Positions 11,523 through 21,066 of a DNA stretch of 32,000 bases are shown one piece after another. The position numbers were made by a program, and so were the translations under genes. A model generated the notes under the pieces. That model was not told where the DNA came from. It was given only the letters and a program-made list of their open reading frames with translations, and made no database searches. Positions within the stretch are counted from its first letter, which is position 1, and each line of letters opens with the position of its first letter. The DNA is from Pseudoalteromonas tetraodonis (GTDB lineage: Bacteria > Pseudomonadota > Gammaproteobacteria > Enterobacterales > Alteromonadaceae). The stretch lies in NCBI RefSeq assembly GCF_002310835.1, contig NZ_CP011041.1, positions 210,001-242,000 on the forward strand. The letters run 5' to 3'.

Positions 11523-12335
11523 ATGAACAAACCCTTCGATAAACTTAAACTTCATGGCTTTAATAATTTAACTAAAAGCCTAAGCTTTAGTATTTACGAT
11601 ATTTGCTATGCAAAAACAGAGCAACAACGTAAAGAATATATAGAATATATCGATGAGCAGTATAGTGCAGATAGACTAACCGACATTTTAGGTGATGTGG
11701 TTGATATTATTGGTGCCAATATTTTAAATATTGCACGTCAAGATTACGAGCCACAAGGTGCCAGCGTAACTATTTTGGTTTCAGAAGAGCCGGTAGAAGA
11801 GCAGCAAAATTATGATGCTGACGAAGCACCAGGGCCGTTACCTGACTCAGTGGTTGCACACCTTGATAAAAGCCACATTTGTGTTCACACGTACCCTGAA
11901 GCACACCCTGATGATGGTATTTGTACTTTCCGTGCTGATATTGAAGTATCAACCTGTGGCATTATTTCGCCACTTAAAGCGTTAAACTTCTTAATCCATA
12001 GCCTTGAGTCTGATGTGGTTACAATTGACTACCGTGTACGTGGTTTTACCCGCGATATTAACGGCGTTAAACATTACATTGACCATGCAATTAACTCGAT
12101 TCAAAACTTCATGACAGAAGATACTAAAGAAGCGTACCAAATGATGGACGTGAACGTGTATCAAGAAAACCTGTTCCATACCAAAATGATGTTAAAAGAA
12201 ACCGACTTAAATACGTATTTATTTGGTTTATCTACTGATGATTTGTCAGATGACGAAGAAGAAGAGATTCGCTCAAAACTAACACGTGAAATGCAAGAAA
12301 TATTCTATGGTCGTAATCTGCCAGATACAGAATAA
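11523..12335 (+). CDS. speD: S-adenosylmethionine decarboxylase proenzyme (pyruvoyl type, class 1A)
   Basis: The ORF begins at GTG 11490, but E. coli SpeD aligns from ATG 11523 ([30 protein letters not shown]). The self-cleavage context [16 protein letters not shown] is conserved, and similarity extends to FYGRN. Confidence 0.93.
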   Translation: MNKPFDKLKLHGFNNLTKSLSFSIYDICYAKTEQQRKEYIEYIDEQYSADRLTDILGDVVDIIGANILNIARQDYEPQGASVTILVSEEPVEEQQNYDADEAPGPLPDSVVAHLDKSHICVHTYPEAHPDDGICTFRADIEVSTCGIISPLKALNFLIHSLESDVVTIDYRVRGFTRDINGVKHYIDHAINSIQNFMTEDTKEAYQMMDVNVYQENLFHTKMMLKETDLNTYLFGLSTDDLSDDEEEEIRSKLTREMQEIFYGRNLPDTE

Positions 12336-12351
12336 TAGCAACGCATTAAAT

Positions 12352-12380
12352 AAAAATGGCGCTCACTGAGCGCCATTTTT
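12352..12380. terminator. Bidirectional Rho-independent terminator between convergent speD and the M24 peptidase gene
   Basis: AAAAATGGCGCTC-ACT-GAGCGCCATTTTT: a perfect stem flanked by an A-run and a T-run, placed between stops at 12335 (+) and 12398 (-). Confidence 0.8.
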
Positions 12381-12397
12381 GTATGTGTTGTTTAATG

Positions 12398-13735
12398 CTA
12401 CTTAACCAGTAATAACTCGGTTTGTCGGCCATTTAGATACCACACACCGGTTTTATCAAATAGGGCGTCTTCTTCTAGCATTATTCTTATTTCTTTATTC
12501 CAGGGCTTTATAAACACCGCATTGTTAAGCTCAATAGAATAAGCGGTATTTAAATGCAGTGGGTAATCGCCATCACCCGGCACACCTTGCTGTGAATCCC
12601 ACATACCTAATGTCGTGCCAGCTGCATGGCCATGATAGCCAAGCGGGTGCGTATAAATAGTGGGTTTTAAACCTTGTGCAATGGCTTTTTCGCGGGCGGC
12701 TTTTAATACCTGATTACCCGTTTTACCAGCTGTAAATTCAGCCGTAAAAATGTCCTGTAGCTTATTACCCTTTTTTAACGCATCAACAAGGTAATCTGGG
12801 GCTTTTGTCTCGCCTGGTTTTAAAACATACGCATGTTGTTGAGTGTCGGTATTTAGGCGTAAATACGTAATACCAAAATCAACATGCAGTAAATCGCCAG
12901 CTTGAATAACATTGTCGGCATAGCCATTGGTAAAACTGTCTTCGTGGTCGAACGATTTACTGTCGGCGCGTTGTATTGCAATACTTGGGTGAAACCACGT
13001 TTGCAGTTTAAGCTCCCTTACGCGCTCTCTAAACCACCATACTAAGTCGTCGCTGGTTGTTTTGCCCACCGTAATTACTTTATTTGAAAAGCCCTCAGCA
13101 ATAATAGAATGAGCAATAGCAACAATGTGTTTGTACATGTCCACTTCTTCTGGAATGCGTTGCTCTAACCATGCAACAGCCAGCGGCTCGGCTGAGGTTA
13201 TTTTATTTTTATATGTCGCAGGTAAGTTGGCCATTAAAGTGGTGTAATCGCCATGCACTAAGCCATCAGCGTGTGCCCAATCTGTAGATGTATTGAGAGC
13301 AATATTTCGCGGTTGGTATTGCTCAATAAGCTCATTAAGGGCAAGCCACTGATTGGGCTGGGCTTGCTTGTCCCATGCCTTTTTAAACACATTCCCTATT
13401 TTATAAGGCGCAATAGCAAAAGCATCTACAGCCCCTGAGGCATTGCGTGCTAGCACTAAAATGGTGGTGCGTCTTGCCGACAACCACGTTGCTGGCAGCA
13501 TGGTTTTTAATATCGGGTCTTCATTATATTCGCGGCTTATCATTAGCCACATATCTATATTGTGTTGCTGCATTAATGTGGGTAATAAAGTCTTAATACG
13601 TTTTTCGGTAATGCTATCGATAAACGCAGCCCTGTTTTTCATTGATAAAATAGCCGGAGGCTCAGCGGCTTTAATTTCAGGACTAAATAGTATGAGTATA
13701 AAAGTGAGTAAAAAAACGTATTTATTATTTTGCAT
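12398..13735 (-). CDS. M24-family metallopeptidase (Xaa-Pro aminopeptidase/creatinase-like), secreted
   Basis: The ORF extends to 13801. Preferred start is ATG 13735, giving MQNNKYVFLLTFILILFSPEIKAAEP, a classic signal peptide. The C-terminal half has the pita-bread fold metal ligand contexts (LLHVDFG, HPLGYHGHAAG, SIELN). Confidence 0.8.
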   Translation of the reverse strand: MQNNKYVFLLTFILILFSPEIKAAEPPAILSMKNRAAFIDSITEKRIKTLLPTLMQQHNIDMWLMISREYNEDPILKTMLPATWLSARRTTILVLARNASGAVDAFAIAPYKIGNVFKKAWDKQAQPNQWLALNELIEQYQPRNIALNTSTDWAHADGLVHGDYTTLMANLPATYKNKITSAEPLAVAWLEQRIPEEVDMYKHIVAIAHSIIAEGFSNKVITVGKTTSDDLVWWFRERVRELKLQTWFHPSIAIQRADSKSFDHEDSFTNGYADNVIQAGDLLHVDFGITYLRLNTDTQQHAYVLKPGETKAPDYLVDALKKGNKLQDIFTAEFTAGKTGNQVLKAAREKAIAQGLKPTIYTHPLGYHGHAAGTTLGMWDSQQGVPGDGDYPLHLNTAYSIELNNAVFIKPWNKEIRIMLEEDALFDKTGVWYLNGRQTELLLVK

Positions 13736-13821
13736 GGCTGGCTTATTTTTTAGACGAATATATAAGCTAACATTGCACAAACAATACGATAAACAAATCA
13801 TTTGCGATAAACCGTAGACAC

Positions 13822-13850
13822 AAAAAAGCCCAGCAAAATACTGGGCTTTT
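13822..13850 (-). terminator. Rho-independent terminator after the SdaC-like transporter gene
   Basis: On the minus strand this reads AAAAGCCCAG-TATTTTG-CTGGGCTTTTTT, 15 nt after the stop at 13865. Confidence 0.75.
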
Positions 13851-13864
13851 GTAATAAATACTGC

Positions 13865-15148
13865 TTAGCTAAGCATGCTGTACAGTAACGCACAAACTGC
13901 TAATGAACCGACAGCCAGTACAAATAAGGTACTTAAACGATTACGGTACTTTTGTAAGCTAGGCACTTTGTAAACTGCAATCATTGGCATAATGAATAAA
14001 ATCATCGCAATGATTGGCCCCGATAACTGATCCATCATATCTAGTATGCTTGGGTTTTTAACCGCGCAGAACCAAATAGCGAAAAACATCAGTACCGCAC
14101 CCACTTTGTCAGCGACTTTAGGGCTCATGCTTGAGTGTTTAGTCACTAACCCAGTAAAGCTTTCGCGTGCCCCTAAAAAGTGACCTAAAAACGACGACAT
14201 AATCGCAATAAAGGCAACCAAAGGCCCCAGCGTTGCAATAAATGAGTTTTCTGTAATATTAGCTAAATAAGATAAAACAGAGACGTTTGCCGCTTTTGCT
14301 TCAGCCATTTGGTCACCGGTAAGCGATAACACGCATGAGAACACAAATAACAAAACAAAGGTGATCAGTAATAAACTAGTACGCTTTAAAATCGCCTCTG
14401 ACTTAGACGTTGCTAGGTCATCGTAGTGGCTGCGTTGCTTATTAACAAAGCTTGAAATAGCCGCTGCATGGCTAAACGAAAATACAATAATAGGAATCGA
14501 TAACCAAAGTGTTTTACTAAAGCTACCTAGCTCAGGCAAGGCTGTATCGGGCATTTGCCAGCTTGGGATTAAATACAAAGACAAAAAGAATAAAATACCC
14601 ACTAGCGGGTACACTAAAATAGCAAATGCGCGCAGCATTAAGCGTTCACCGCCCATCATTAAGCCAATCATTAGTGCAACTAAAATACCCGATAAAGCAA
14701 CGCGTGACGGCGACTCCATCCCTAGCTGATTGACCATAAAGCTGTCTACCGTATTGGTTAAACCCACACCGTAAATAAGCAAAATAGGAAAAATTGATAA
14801 AAAGTATAACAAGGAGATCAGTCGACCCGCATTTACGCCAAAGTGCTCTTCTACCACATCGGTAAAATCAGCCTCTTTATTTTTTGACGATAATACAAAA
14901 CGCGCCAAGCCACGGTGGGCTAAAAAGGTCATCGGAAAGGCTAAACACGCCATAATAATCAGCGGCCAAAAACCACCAATACCAATGTTAATCGGTAAAA
15001 ATAAAATACCTGCACCTACTGCGGTGCCAAAAAGACTAAGTGTCCACTGCGTATCATGCAGGTTCCATTTTGATTTAGACGTGTGTGCGTTTTGTGCTGG
15101 TGCACTTGAAGGCGTTGCACCTTGAGATGTTGTCATGTGTGTATCCAT
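13865..15148 (-). CDS. HAAAP-family serine/threonine transporter (SdaC/TdcC-like)
   Basis: 427 aa polytopic membrane protein. N-terminus W.L.DT.W.LSLFGTAVGAGILFLPINIGIGGFWPLIIMACLAFPMTFLAHRGLARFVLSS parallels E. coli SdaC. The start could also be the ATG at 15136. Confidence 0.85.
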   Translation of the reverse strand: MDTHMTTSQGATPSSAPAQNAHTSKSKWNLHDTQWTLSLFGTAVGAGILFLPINIGIGGFWPLIIMACLAFPMTFLAHRGLARFVLSSKNKEADFTDVVEEHFGVNAGRLISLLYFLSIFPILLIYGVGLTNTVDSFMVNQLGMESPSRVALSGILVALMIGLMMGGERLMLRAFAILVYPLVGILFFLSLYLIPSWQMPDTALPELGSFSKTLWLSIPIIVFSFSHAAAISSFVNKQRSHYDDLATSKSEAILKRTSLLLITFVLLFVFSCVLSLTGDQMAEAKAANVSVLSYLANITENSFIATLGPLVAFIAIMSSFLGHFLGARESFTGLVTKHSSMSPKVADKVGAVLMFFAIWFCAVKNPSILDMMDQLSGPIIAMILFIMPMIAVYKVPSLQKYRNRLSTLFVLAVGSLAVCALLYSMLS

Positions 15149-15387
15149 TATTTATCATAATAATTGCGCCGAAGAATATAGTTTTTAGGCACTCATTTCA
15201 TGTGTTTTTATGTCTTGGATATAAATTTGTTGTAGCGTATTAGTTACTGACTGTCACGAATATGAAACAGCGTTTAAAAGCTGCGCAATTAGTGCAGGAA
15301 TATGCCGCGAAATGCGTGAATAATCATCACTTTTGGAGTTAAGAGTGTGAGGAAAATATTTATATGTATTTGTTAAAGTGGTAAATA

Positions 15388-15422
15388 CTTGTTGGGTTTC
15401 GGCTCGCTCAACCCAACCTACG
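15388..15422. repeat. REP-like palindromic element, copy 1
   Basis: CTTGTTGGGTT-tcggctcgctc-AACCCAACCTACG. The 8-bp arms GTTGGGTT/AACCCAAC (15391-15398 and 15410-15417) and their flanks are shared with copy 2. Confidence 0.7.
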
Positions 15423-15483
15423 GTGTATAAATTGTTATTGAGCTGTCCGCTACTCTAAGCCCGTAGCCCGTAATTTAAGATGC

Positions 15484-15522
15484 TTGTTGGGTTTTGCTTC
15501 GCTTCGCTCAACCCAACTTACG
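15484..15522. repeat. REP-like palindromic element, copy 2. It abuts the cysQ stop and may act as its terminator or stabiliser hairpin.
   Basis: CTTGTTGGGTT-ttgcttcgcttcgctc-AACCCAACTTACG, with arms at 15486-15493 and 15510-15517. The loop differs from copy 1 by a GCTTC duplication. Confidence 0.7.
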
Positions 15523-15533
15523 CTCAACTACCT

Positions 15534-16304
15534 TTATTCTTCGAGTGCCGAAACCACAAAATACGGATTCAAATACTCATCTTTGGTGTTGTACAAAAGC
15601 GGGCTACCATCAAGTTGAGTGACTTTAGCGCCGGCTATTTCAGCGATGGCGTGGCCTGCGCCGGTATCCCATTCACAAGTTGGGCCTAAGCGCGGATATA
15701 TGTCGGCGCTGCCTTCGGCGACTAAACACAGTTTCAGTGAGCTGCCTTTTGACACCATTTCAACCTCATCAAAGCGTTGTACAAATTCAGCTAAATCAGG
15801 GGAAGGATGCGAGCGGCTACCTACAACACGAATAATGCCTTTGTTAGGCTTGGTGGTCACTTTAAGCTCGATGCGCTCATCGCCTTTATCTTTAAAAGCA
15901 CCAATGGCTTCGGCGGCTAAATAAGATACACCCAGTGCAGGGGCATCAACCACGGCTAAAACCGGTTTGCCATTTTCGATTAGGGCAATATTAACGGTAA
16001 ACTCGCCGTTCTTTTTTATAAATTCTTTGGTGCCATCGATTGGGTCAACCAGCCAGTAGCTTTTCCATGTTTGGCGTACATCCCAACCAATATCGGCACT
16101 TTCTTCACTAAGCACAGGAATATCGGGGGTGAGCTCTTTTAGTCCTGCGCTAATGATTTTATGAGCTGCTAAGTCGGCGTCGGTTACAGGGCTTTCATCG
16201 GCTTTGTACTCAACGTTAAAGTCTTTATTGTAAATACCCATAATCGCGCTTCCCGCTTTGCGGGCGAGAATAAGGGTTTCTTCTAGCAGTTCAGTCTGAT
16301 TCAT
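15534..16304 (-). CDS. cysQ: 3'(2'),5'-bisphosphate nucleotidase
   Basis: 256 aa inositol-monophosphatase-fold protein with PVT.AD, LSEE, WLVDPIDGTKEF and WDTGAGHAI motifs, 9 nt downstream of cysC. Confidence 0.9.
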   Translation of the reverse strand: MNQTELLEETLILARKAGSAIMGIYNKDFNVEYKADESPVTDADLAAHKIISAGLKELTPDIPVLSEESADIGWDVRQTWKSYWLVDPIDGTKEFIKKNGEFTVNIALIENGKPVLAVVDAPALGVSYLAAEAIGAFKDKGDERIELKVTTKPNKGIIRVVGSRSHPSPDLAEFVQRFDEVEMVSKGSSLKLCLVAEGSADIYPRLGPTCEWDTGAGHAIAEIAGAKVTQLDGSPLLYNTKDEYLNPYFVVSALEE

Positions 16305-16313
16305 TACATGGGC

Positions 16314-16907
16314 CTATAGTATATGCTGATGTTTTAGATACGTTATCAGCTGAGCTACCGATTGGTCTAGGGTGTTTTTACTGGTATCTAAAATTATTTC
16401 AGGATTAACCGGCGGCTGGTAAGTTGAATCAATCCCAGTAAAGTGTTTAATTTCACCGGCGCGCGCCTTTTTATATAAGCCTTTTGGATCGCGGCTTTCG
16501 CACACCTCAAGAGGGGTGTCGATAAAGACTTCGATAAATTCACCCTCATCTACTAATTCACGAACCATGTCGCGCTCAGCTTTAAAAGGAGATATAAACG
16601 CAGTAAGGACTAACAAACCAGCGTCAACCATTAGCTTGGCGGTTTCGCCTACGCGGCGGATATTTTCAACGCGATCGGCATCGCTAAAGCCTAAATCTTT
16701 ACATAAACCATGGCGTACATTGTCGCCATCAAGTAGGTACGTGTGCGCGCCTTGCTGATTGAGTGCCGCTTCTAAAGCATTCGCAACGGTGCTTTTACCT
16801 GAGCCAGAAAAACCAGTAAACCATATAATAGCGCTCTTATGCTTTTTTTGTTCGCTGCGCTGTACTTTAGTGGTGGCGTAATTATGCCAAACAATATTGT
16901 TATCCAT
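16314..16907 (-). CDS. cysC: Adenylylsulfate (APS) kinase
   Basis: 197 aa. P-loop [11 protein letters not shown], then [23 protein letters not shown] and FISPF, all CysC hallmarks. Confidence 0.95.
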   Translation of the reverse strand: MDNNIVWHNYATTKVQRSEQKKHKSAIIWFTGFSGSGKSTVANALEAALNQQGAHTYLLDGDNVRHGLCKDLGFSDADRVENIRRVGETAKLMVDAGLLVLTAFISPFKAERDMVRELVDEGEFIEVFIDTPLEVCESRDPKGLYKKARAGEIKHFTGIDSTYQPPVNPEIILDTSKNTLDQSVAQLITYLKHQHIL

Positions 16908-16940
16908 TTGCTGTGTCTCTTTATGCTATAAGCGCGGGCA

Positions 16941-18665
16941 TTAAAACGGAAATACCAGCGGGATCATAGTTAGTACGGTAATTGAATAAATAATAGAAAG
17001 GGGTAGCCCCATCATTACATAGTCTTTTAGTCGGTAGTTACCCGCGCTATAAACCATTAAGTTAGTTTGATAACCAAAAGGTGAAATAAAGCTGGCTGAG
17101 GCACCAAATGCAACCGCCATAATAAACGGCAAAGGTTCTACGTTAAAGCCAATAGCCAATGAGTAGGCAACCGGAAACGACAGTGCCGCTGCGGCGTTAT
17201 TAGTGATCAATTCGGTAAATAACACCGTCATTAAAAAGATTGCGATAAACGCGCCATAAGGGCCAAAGTCGCCAAGCACTACAAACATGGCGTCTGATAT
17301 TTGCCCAGCAAGGCCGGTGCCTATCATCAGCTTAGCTAAACCTATGGCACTGCCTACTACGGCAAGTAACTCAATAGGAAAGCGGCGTTTTATTTCGCTC
17401 AGCTTAATCGTGCCACACAGCATCAGCCCAATAAGTAACACTAATAAGCCTTTAACCAGCGGTACTGCACCTAAAATACTTAACCCCAGCACACCTGCAA
17501 AACTTAACAATACAATGTTTGATTGTTTTGCACCGAGGTGGGTTTGTAAATCAAGCCCTGAAATATACACAAATTCGCGCTTTAAGTTAGTTAAGTCATA
17601 AAAGCTTTTACCAGGGGCGAGGATTAATGAGTCACCCGCTTGTAAGCGCACTTGCCCAAGCCCGCCTTGTAAGCGATCATGACCACGGCGAATAGCAATA
17701 ACGGCCGCATGAAATTGCTCTCTAAAGCGGGCTTCTTTTACCGTTTTGCCAATTAATTTAGACGACTGACTAACGACAACTTCAACGAGGTGTTCTATGT
17801 CTTTTTCGTGTTTGTCGTGCACCACTTTTAAGCCGTCAAAGCGAGTGAGCAAAGGTACCGACTTTATATCGCCTACAAACAGCAGTATGTCGTCTTGTTG
17901 AATAATATGTTGGGGGGTCACGGCGCAAATGCGATTGCCATCGCGAATAATTTCAGCCAAAAACAAGTCTTTTAAATCGCGTAAACCGTTTTCTTCTACG
18001 GTGCGGTTTATTAGTTTAGAGCCGGTTTGTACTTTCCCTTCTAAATAAAAAGGCACCACCTCTTGGCTATTTTTACCGTTGTCGGGCAGGCATTTTAGCA
18101 TCACTAAAATAGTGATTAAGCCCACACTGAGTGCGCCTAAACCCACTAAGGTAAAATCAAAAAAGCCTAATGGCGCCATCCCCGCATCTACTGCAAAGCC
18201 ATTTACGATTAAGTTAGTAGAGGTACCGATGAGTGTAATAGTGCCGCCTAAAATTGCGGTGTACGACAAGGGTAGCAACAGCTTTGAAGGGGAGTGGTTT
18301 GGGTTATCTTTTATGGCGGTAATTAAGGAGGCAACCACCGCGGTATTGTTAGTAAAGGAAGACAAAAACGCTGTAGAAAGCCCAAGCTTGGTCACTGATT
18401 TAACTAAACTGCCACTGGATAACGATTTAGCTAAGCGTTGAATAAGCGTGGTTTTTTCTATCGCTATCGACACTAAAATTAATAACACTAAGGTAATTAA
18501 TGATGGGTTAGTATAATTAACCAGCATGTTTTCTAAGTCAATGAGCCCAGTTAGGTAGCTGGTGCCTATGGCACTGACAAATAACCACGCAGGGTTAATA
18601 CGTGTGCCAAATAGGCACCCGACTAAAAGCAACATAATGCCTGTTAAAATGAGCTGTTCTACCAT
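16941..18665 (-). CDS. SLC13/DASS-type anion permease with two central TrkA-C (RCK_C) domains. Putative sulfate or anion transporter.
   Basis: 574 aa. Hydrophobic N- and C-terminal halves flank two soluble repeats, approximately nt 17590-18045 (GSKLINRTVEE...DDILLFVGD and SSKLIGKTVKE...GDSLILAPG). It is embedded between cysN and cysC. Confidence 0.8.
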   Translation of the reverse strand: MVEQLILTGIMLLLVGCLFGTRINPAWLFVSAIGTSYLTGLIDLENMLVNYTNPSLITLVLLILVSIAIEKTTLIQRLAKSLSSGSLVKSVTKLGLSTAFLSSFTNNTAVVASLITAIKDNPNHSPSKLLLPLSYTAILGGTITLIGTSTNLIVNGFAVDAGMAPLGFFDFTLVGLGALSVGLITILVMLKCLPDNGKNSQEVVPFYLEGKVQTGSKLINRTVEENGLRDLKDLFLAEIIRDGNRICAVTPQHIIQQDDILLFVGDIKSVPLLTRFDGLKVVHDKHEKDIEHLVEVVVSQSSKLIGKTVKEARFREQFHAAVIAIRRGHDRLQGGLGQVRLQAGDSLILAPGKSFYDLTNLKREFVYISGLDLQTHLGAKQSNIVLLSFAGVLGLSILGAVPLVKGLLVLLIGLMLCGTIKLSEIKRRFPIELLAVVGSAIGLAKLMIGTGLAGQISDAMFVVLGDFGPYGAFIAIFLMTVLFTELITNNAAAALSFPVAYSLAIGFNVEPLPFIMAVAFGASASFISPFGYQTNLMVYSAGNYRLKDYVMMGLPLSIIYSITVLTMIPLVFPF

Positions 18666-18699
18666 GCTTTAAATATTCCTAACAGGCGGTTATTAAACG

Positions 18700-20124
18700 T
18701 TATAGCTTTGAAATATCAAGCGCTTGCCAATGTGGAAAGTGCTTGCGTACGAGGGCATTAAACTCAACTTCAAAGTCGCTAAATTTACCCGCATTTTCTT
18801 CACGTTGTAGTACCTGTTCTATCATTCCTGCTGCAACCGTTAAGTTTGATAAACGGTCAATAAGAATAAACGAACCTGTTTCATGATTGTGATGGTACTG
18901 ATCCGCTAAAATAGTCTCGGTGAGCTCGAGTGTCACAATCGCAATTTCGTTTAATTGTAATGAATCTGCGCTGCCATGCTCTAGGGTGTTTACATCAATA
19001 GTGTGGTCTATTTTTGTGACCATGGCCGAGGTGTTTTTGCTGCCTAGTTTTAGGTTATAGCTTTTACCTAGTACTAATGGCGATTCGTGCATCCACACAA
19101 TTTTAGCCTGTAATTGGTTGGTTACTTGAGCTTGCGAATTCGCAGGCACAATAACGTCCCCTCGGCTAATATCTATTTCAGTATTAAGAGTAACCGTGAT
19201 TGCTTGGCCTGCTTCGGCGGTGTCGAGGTTGCCATCAAAAGTCACAATCTCTTTAATGTTAGATGTTTTACCTGAAGGCAGTACTTTTATCTCATCGCCA
19301 ACGCGTAATTTACCTGAGGTCAGCGTGCCTTGAAAACCACGGAAGTTTAAATTAGGGCGAACCACATACTGCACCGGAAGGCGCGCTTCAAAACCAGTGT
19401 CGATTTCAGCTGCCGGAGAGTCTTCTAACAGCTCAAGCAATGGTTTGTCGGTGTAATAAGGAGTGTGTGCAGAGCGAGTTACTACATTATCGCCTTTGAG
19501 CGCCGACATAGGCACAAACTTAATGTTTGATACGTTAAGTTGCTCGGCAAATTTTAAATAATCGGCTTTAATTTTTTCATAAACGGTTTCGTCAAAATCA
19601 ACAATATCCATTTTGTTAACCGCAACCACAAACTGTTTAATGCCTAATGAGTCACAAATAAAGCTATGGCGCTTAGTTTGTACCTGCACACCATAACGTG
19701 CATCCACTAAAATAATGGCAACATCACTGGTTGATGCACCCGTTACCATGTTACGGGTGTACTGCTCATGCCCAGGGGTGTCGGCAATAATAAACTTACG
19801 CTTAGCGGTTGAGAAATAACGGTACGCTACGTCAATTGTTATGCCTTGCTCACGCTCAGCTTGTAGGCCATCAACTAACAATGCTAAATCAAGTTCTTCA
19901 CCGGCATTACCTACTTTTTCGTTATCTTTATGAAGTGCAGCTAGCTGATCTTCATAAATTTGGTGACTATCGTGCAGTAGGCGTCCAATTAGGGTTGATT
20001 TACCGTCATCCACACTGCCACACGTTAGCATACGTAATAAGCTTTTATCTTGTTGACGTGCTAGGTAAGCGTCTATACCAATTTCTTTTACTTCGTTAAA
20101 TGTATCGTTATTTAGGTTAGACAT
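18700..20124 (-). CDS. cysN: Sulfate adenylyltransferase subunit 1 (GTPase)
   Basis: 474 aa. GTPase motifs GSVDDGKST, DTPGH and NKMD with an EF-Tu-like body. The ATG shares one nucleotide with the cysD stop (TAATG). Confidence 0.96.
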   Translation of the reverse strand: MSNLNNDTFNEVKEIGIDAYLARQQDKSLLRMLTCGSVDDGKSTLIGRLLHDSHQIYEDQLAALHKDNEKVGNAGEELDLALLVDGLQAEREQGITIDVAYRYFSTAKRKFIIADTPGHEQYTRNMVTGASTSDVAIILVDARYGVQVQTKRHSFICDSLGIKQFVVAVNKMDIVDFDETVYEKIKADYLKFAEQLNVSNIKFVPMSALKGDNVVTRSAHTPYYTDKPLLELLEDSPAAEIDTGFEARLPVQYVVRPNLNFRGFQGTLTSGKLRVGDEIKVLPSGKTSNIKEIVTFDGNLDTAEAGQAITVTLNTEIDISRGDVIVPANSQAQVTNQLQAKIVWMHESPLVLGKSYNLKLGSKNTSAMVTKIDHTIDVNTLEHGSADSLQLNEIAIVTLELTETILADQYHHNHETGSFILIDRLSNLTVAAGMIEQVLQREENAGKFSDFEVEFNALVRKHFPHWQALDISKL

Positions 20125-21023
20125 TAGAAATACCCCTCACGTTTTTTCTTCTCCATAGAGCCTGCTGAATCATGATCAATCACCCGACCTTCACGTTCAG
20201 ATGACGACGATAGCAACATTTCTTCAATAATTTCTGTTAGGCTGCTTGCCGTTGATTCAACCGCGCCAGTGAGTGGATAACAGCCTAAGGTTCTAAAGCG
20301 AACCGACTTCATTTGCGGTACTTCACCTTCATTAAGCGGCATGCGATCGTCATCTACCATGATTAAGGTACCGTCGCGTTCTACTACAGGGCGCTCTTTA
20401 GCAAGGTACAGTGGCACCATTTCGATATTTTCTTGATAAATGTATTGCCAAATATCTAGTTCAGTCCAGTTAGATAGTGGGAATACTCGAATACTCTCAC
20501 CTGGATTCACTTGGCTGTTATAGGTATTCCAAAGCTCAGGACGTTGGTTTTTAGGATCCCAGCGATGGTGTTTATCACGAAATGAATACACGCGCTCTTT
20601 AGCCCGTGATTTTTCTTCATCACGGCGTGCGCCACCAAATGCTGCATCAAAACCGTACTTATTCAGCGCTTGCTTTAAGCCTTGAGTTTTCATGATATCG
20701 GTATGTTTACCCGAACCATGGGTGAATGGGCCTACACCCATTTCGATGCCTTCAGGGTTTTTGTGTACAATTAAATCAAAGCCATACTCTTTGGCTAAAC
20801 GGTCGCGAAACTCAATCATTTCACGAAACTTCCAGTTGGTGTCTACGTGTAATAACGGAAACGGAATTTTTGCAGGGTAAAATGCTTTACGAGCTAAGTG
20901 CAAAAGTACCGATGAGTCTTTACCGATTGAGTAAAGCATAACTGGGTTCTCAAACTCAGCGGCGACTTCGCGCATGATTTTGATACTTTCAGCTTCAAGT
21001 TGCTGAAGGTGAGTTAAAGCCAT
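20124..21023 (-). CDS. cysD: Sulfate adenylyltransferase subunit 2
   Basis: 299 aa, almost collinear with E. coli CysD ([36 protein letters not shown]...[12 protein letters not shown]). Confidence 0.97.
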   Translation of the reverse strand: MALTHLQQLEAESIKIMREVAAEFENPVMLYSIGKDSSVLLHLARKAFYPAKIPFPLLHVDTNWKFREMIEFRDRLAKEYGFDLIVHKNPEGIEMGVGPFTHGSGKHTDIMKTQGLKQALNKYGFDAAFGGARRDEEKSRAKERVYSFRDKHHRWDPKNQRPELWNTYNSQVNPGESIRVFPLSNWTELDIWQYIYQENIEMVPLYLAKERPVVERDGTLIMVDDDRMPLNEGEVPQMKSVRFRTLGCYPLTGAVESTASSLTEIIEEMLLSSSSEREGRVIDHDSAGSMEKKKREGYF

Positions 21024-21066
21024 TGTTGGTCGTCCTACTAAAATGATTAAATTAAAATCTGTTAAA

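Noticed and set aside
15262-15342. A 26-codon ORF (MKQRLKAAQLVQEYAAKCVNNHHFWS) in the gene-free gap upstream of the transporter gene.
   Set aside because: It has no Shine-Dalgarno and no recognisable motif, and it is too short to evaluate. It could be a gene remnant, but nothing supports calling it.
15388-15522. Possibility that the repeated palindromes form a CRISPR array.
   Set aside because: There are only two copies, each about 35-39 bp with differing loops, an irregular single spacer and no cas genes. This behaviour fits REP elements, not CRISPR.
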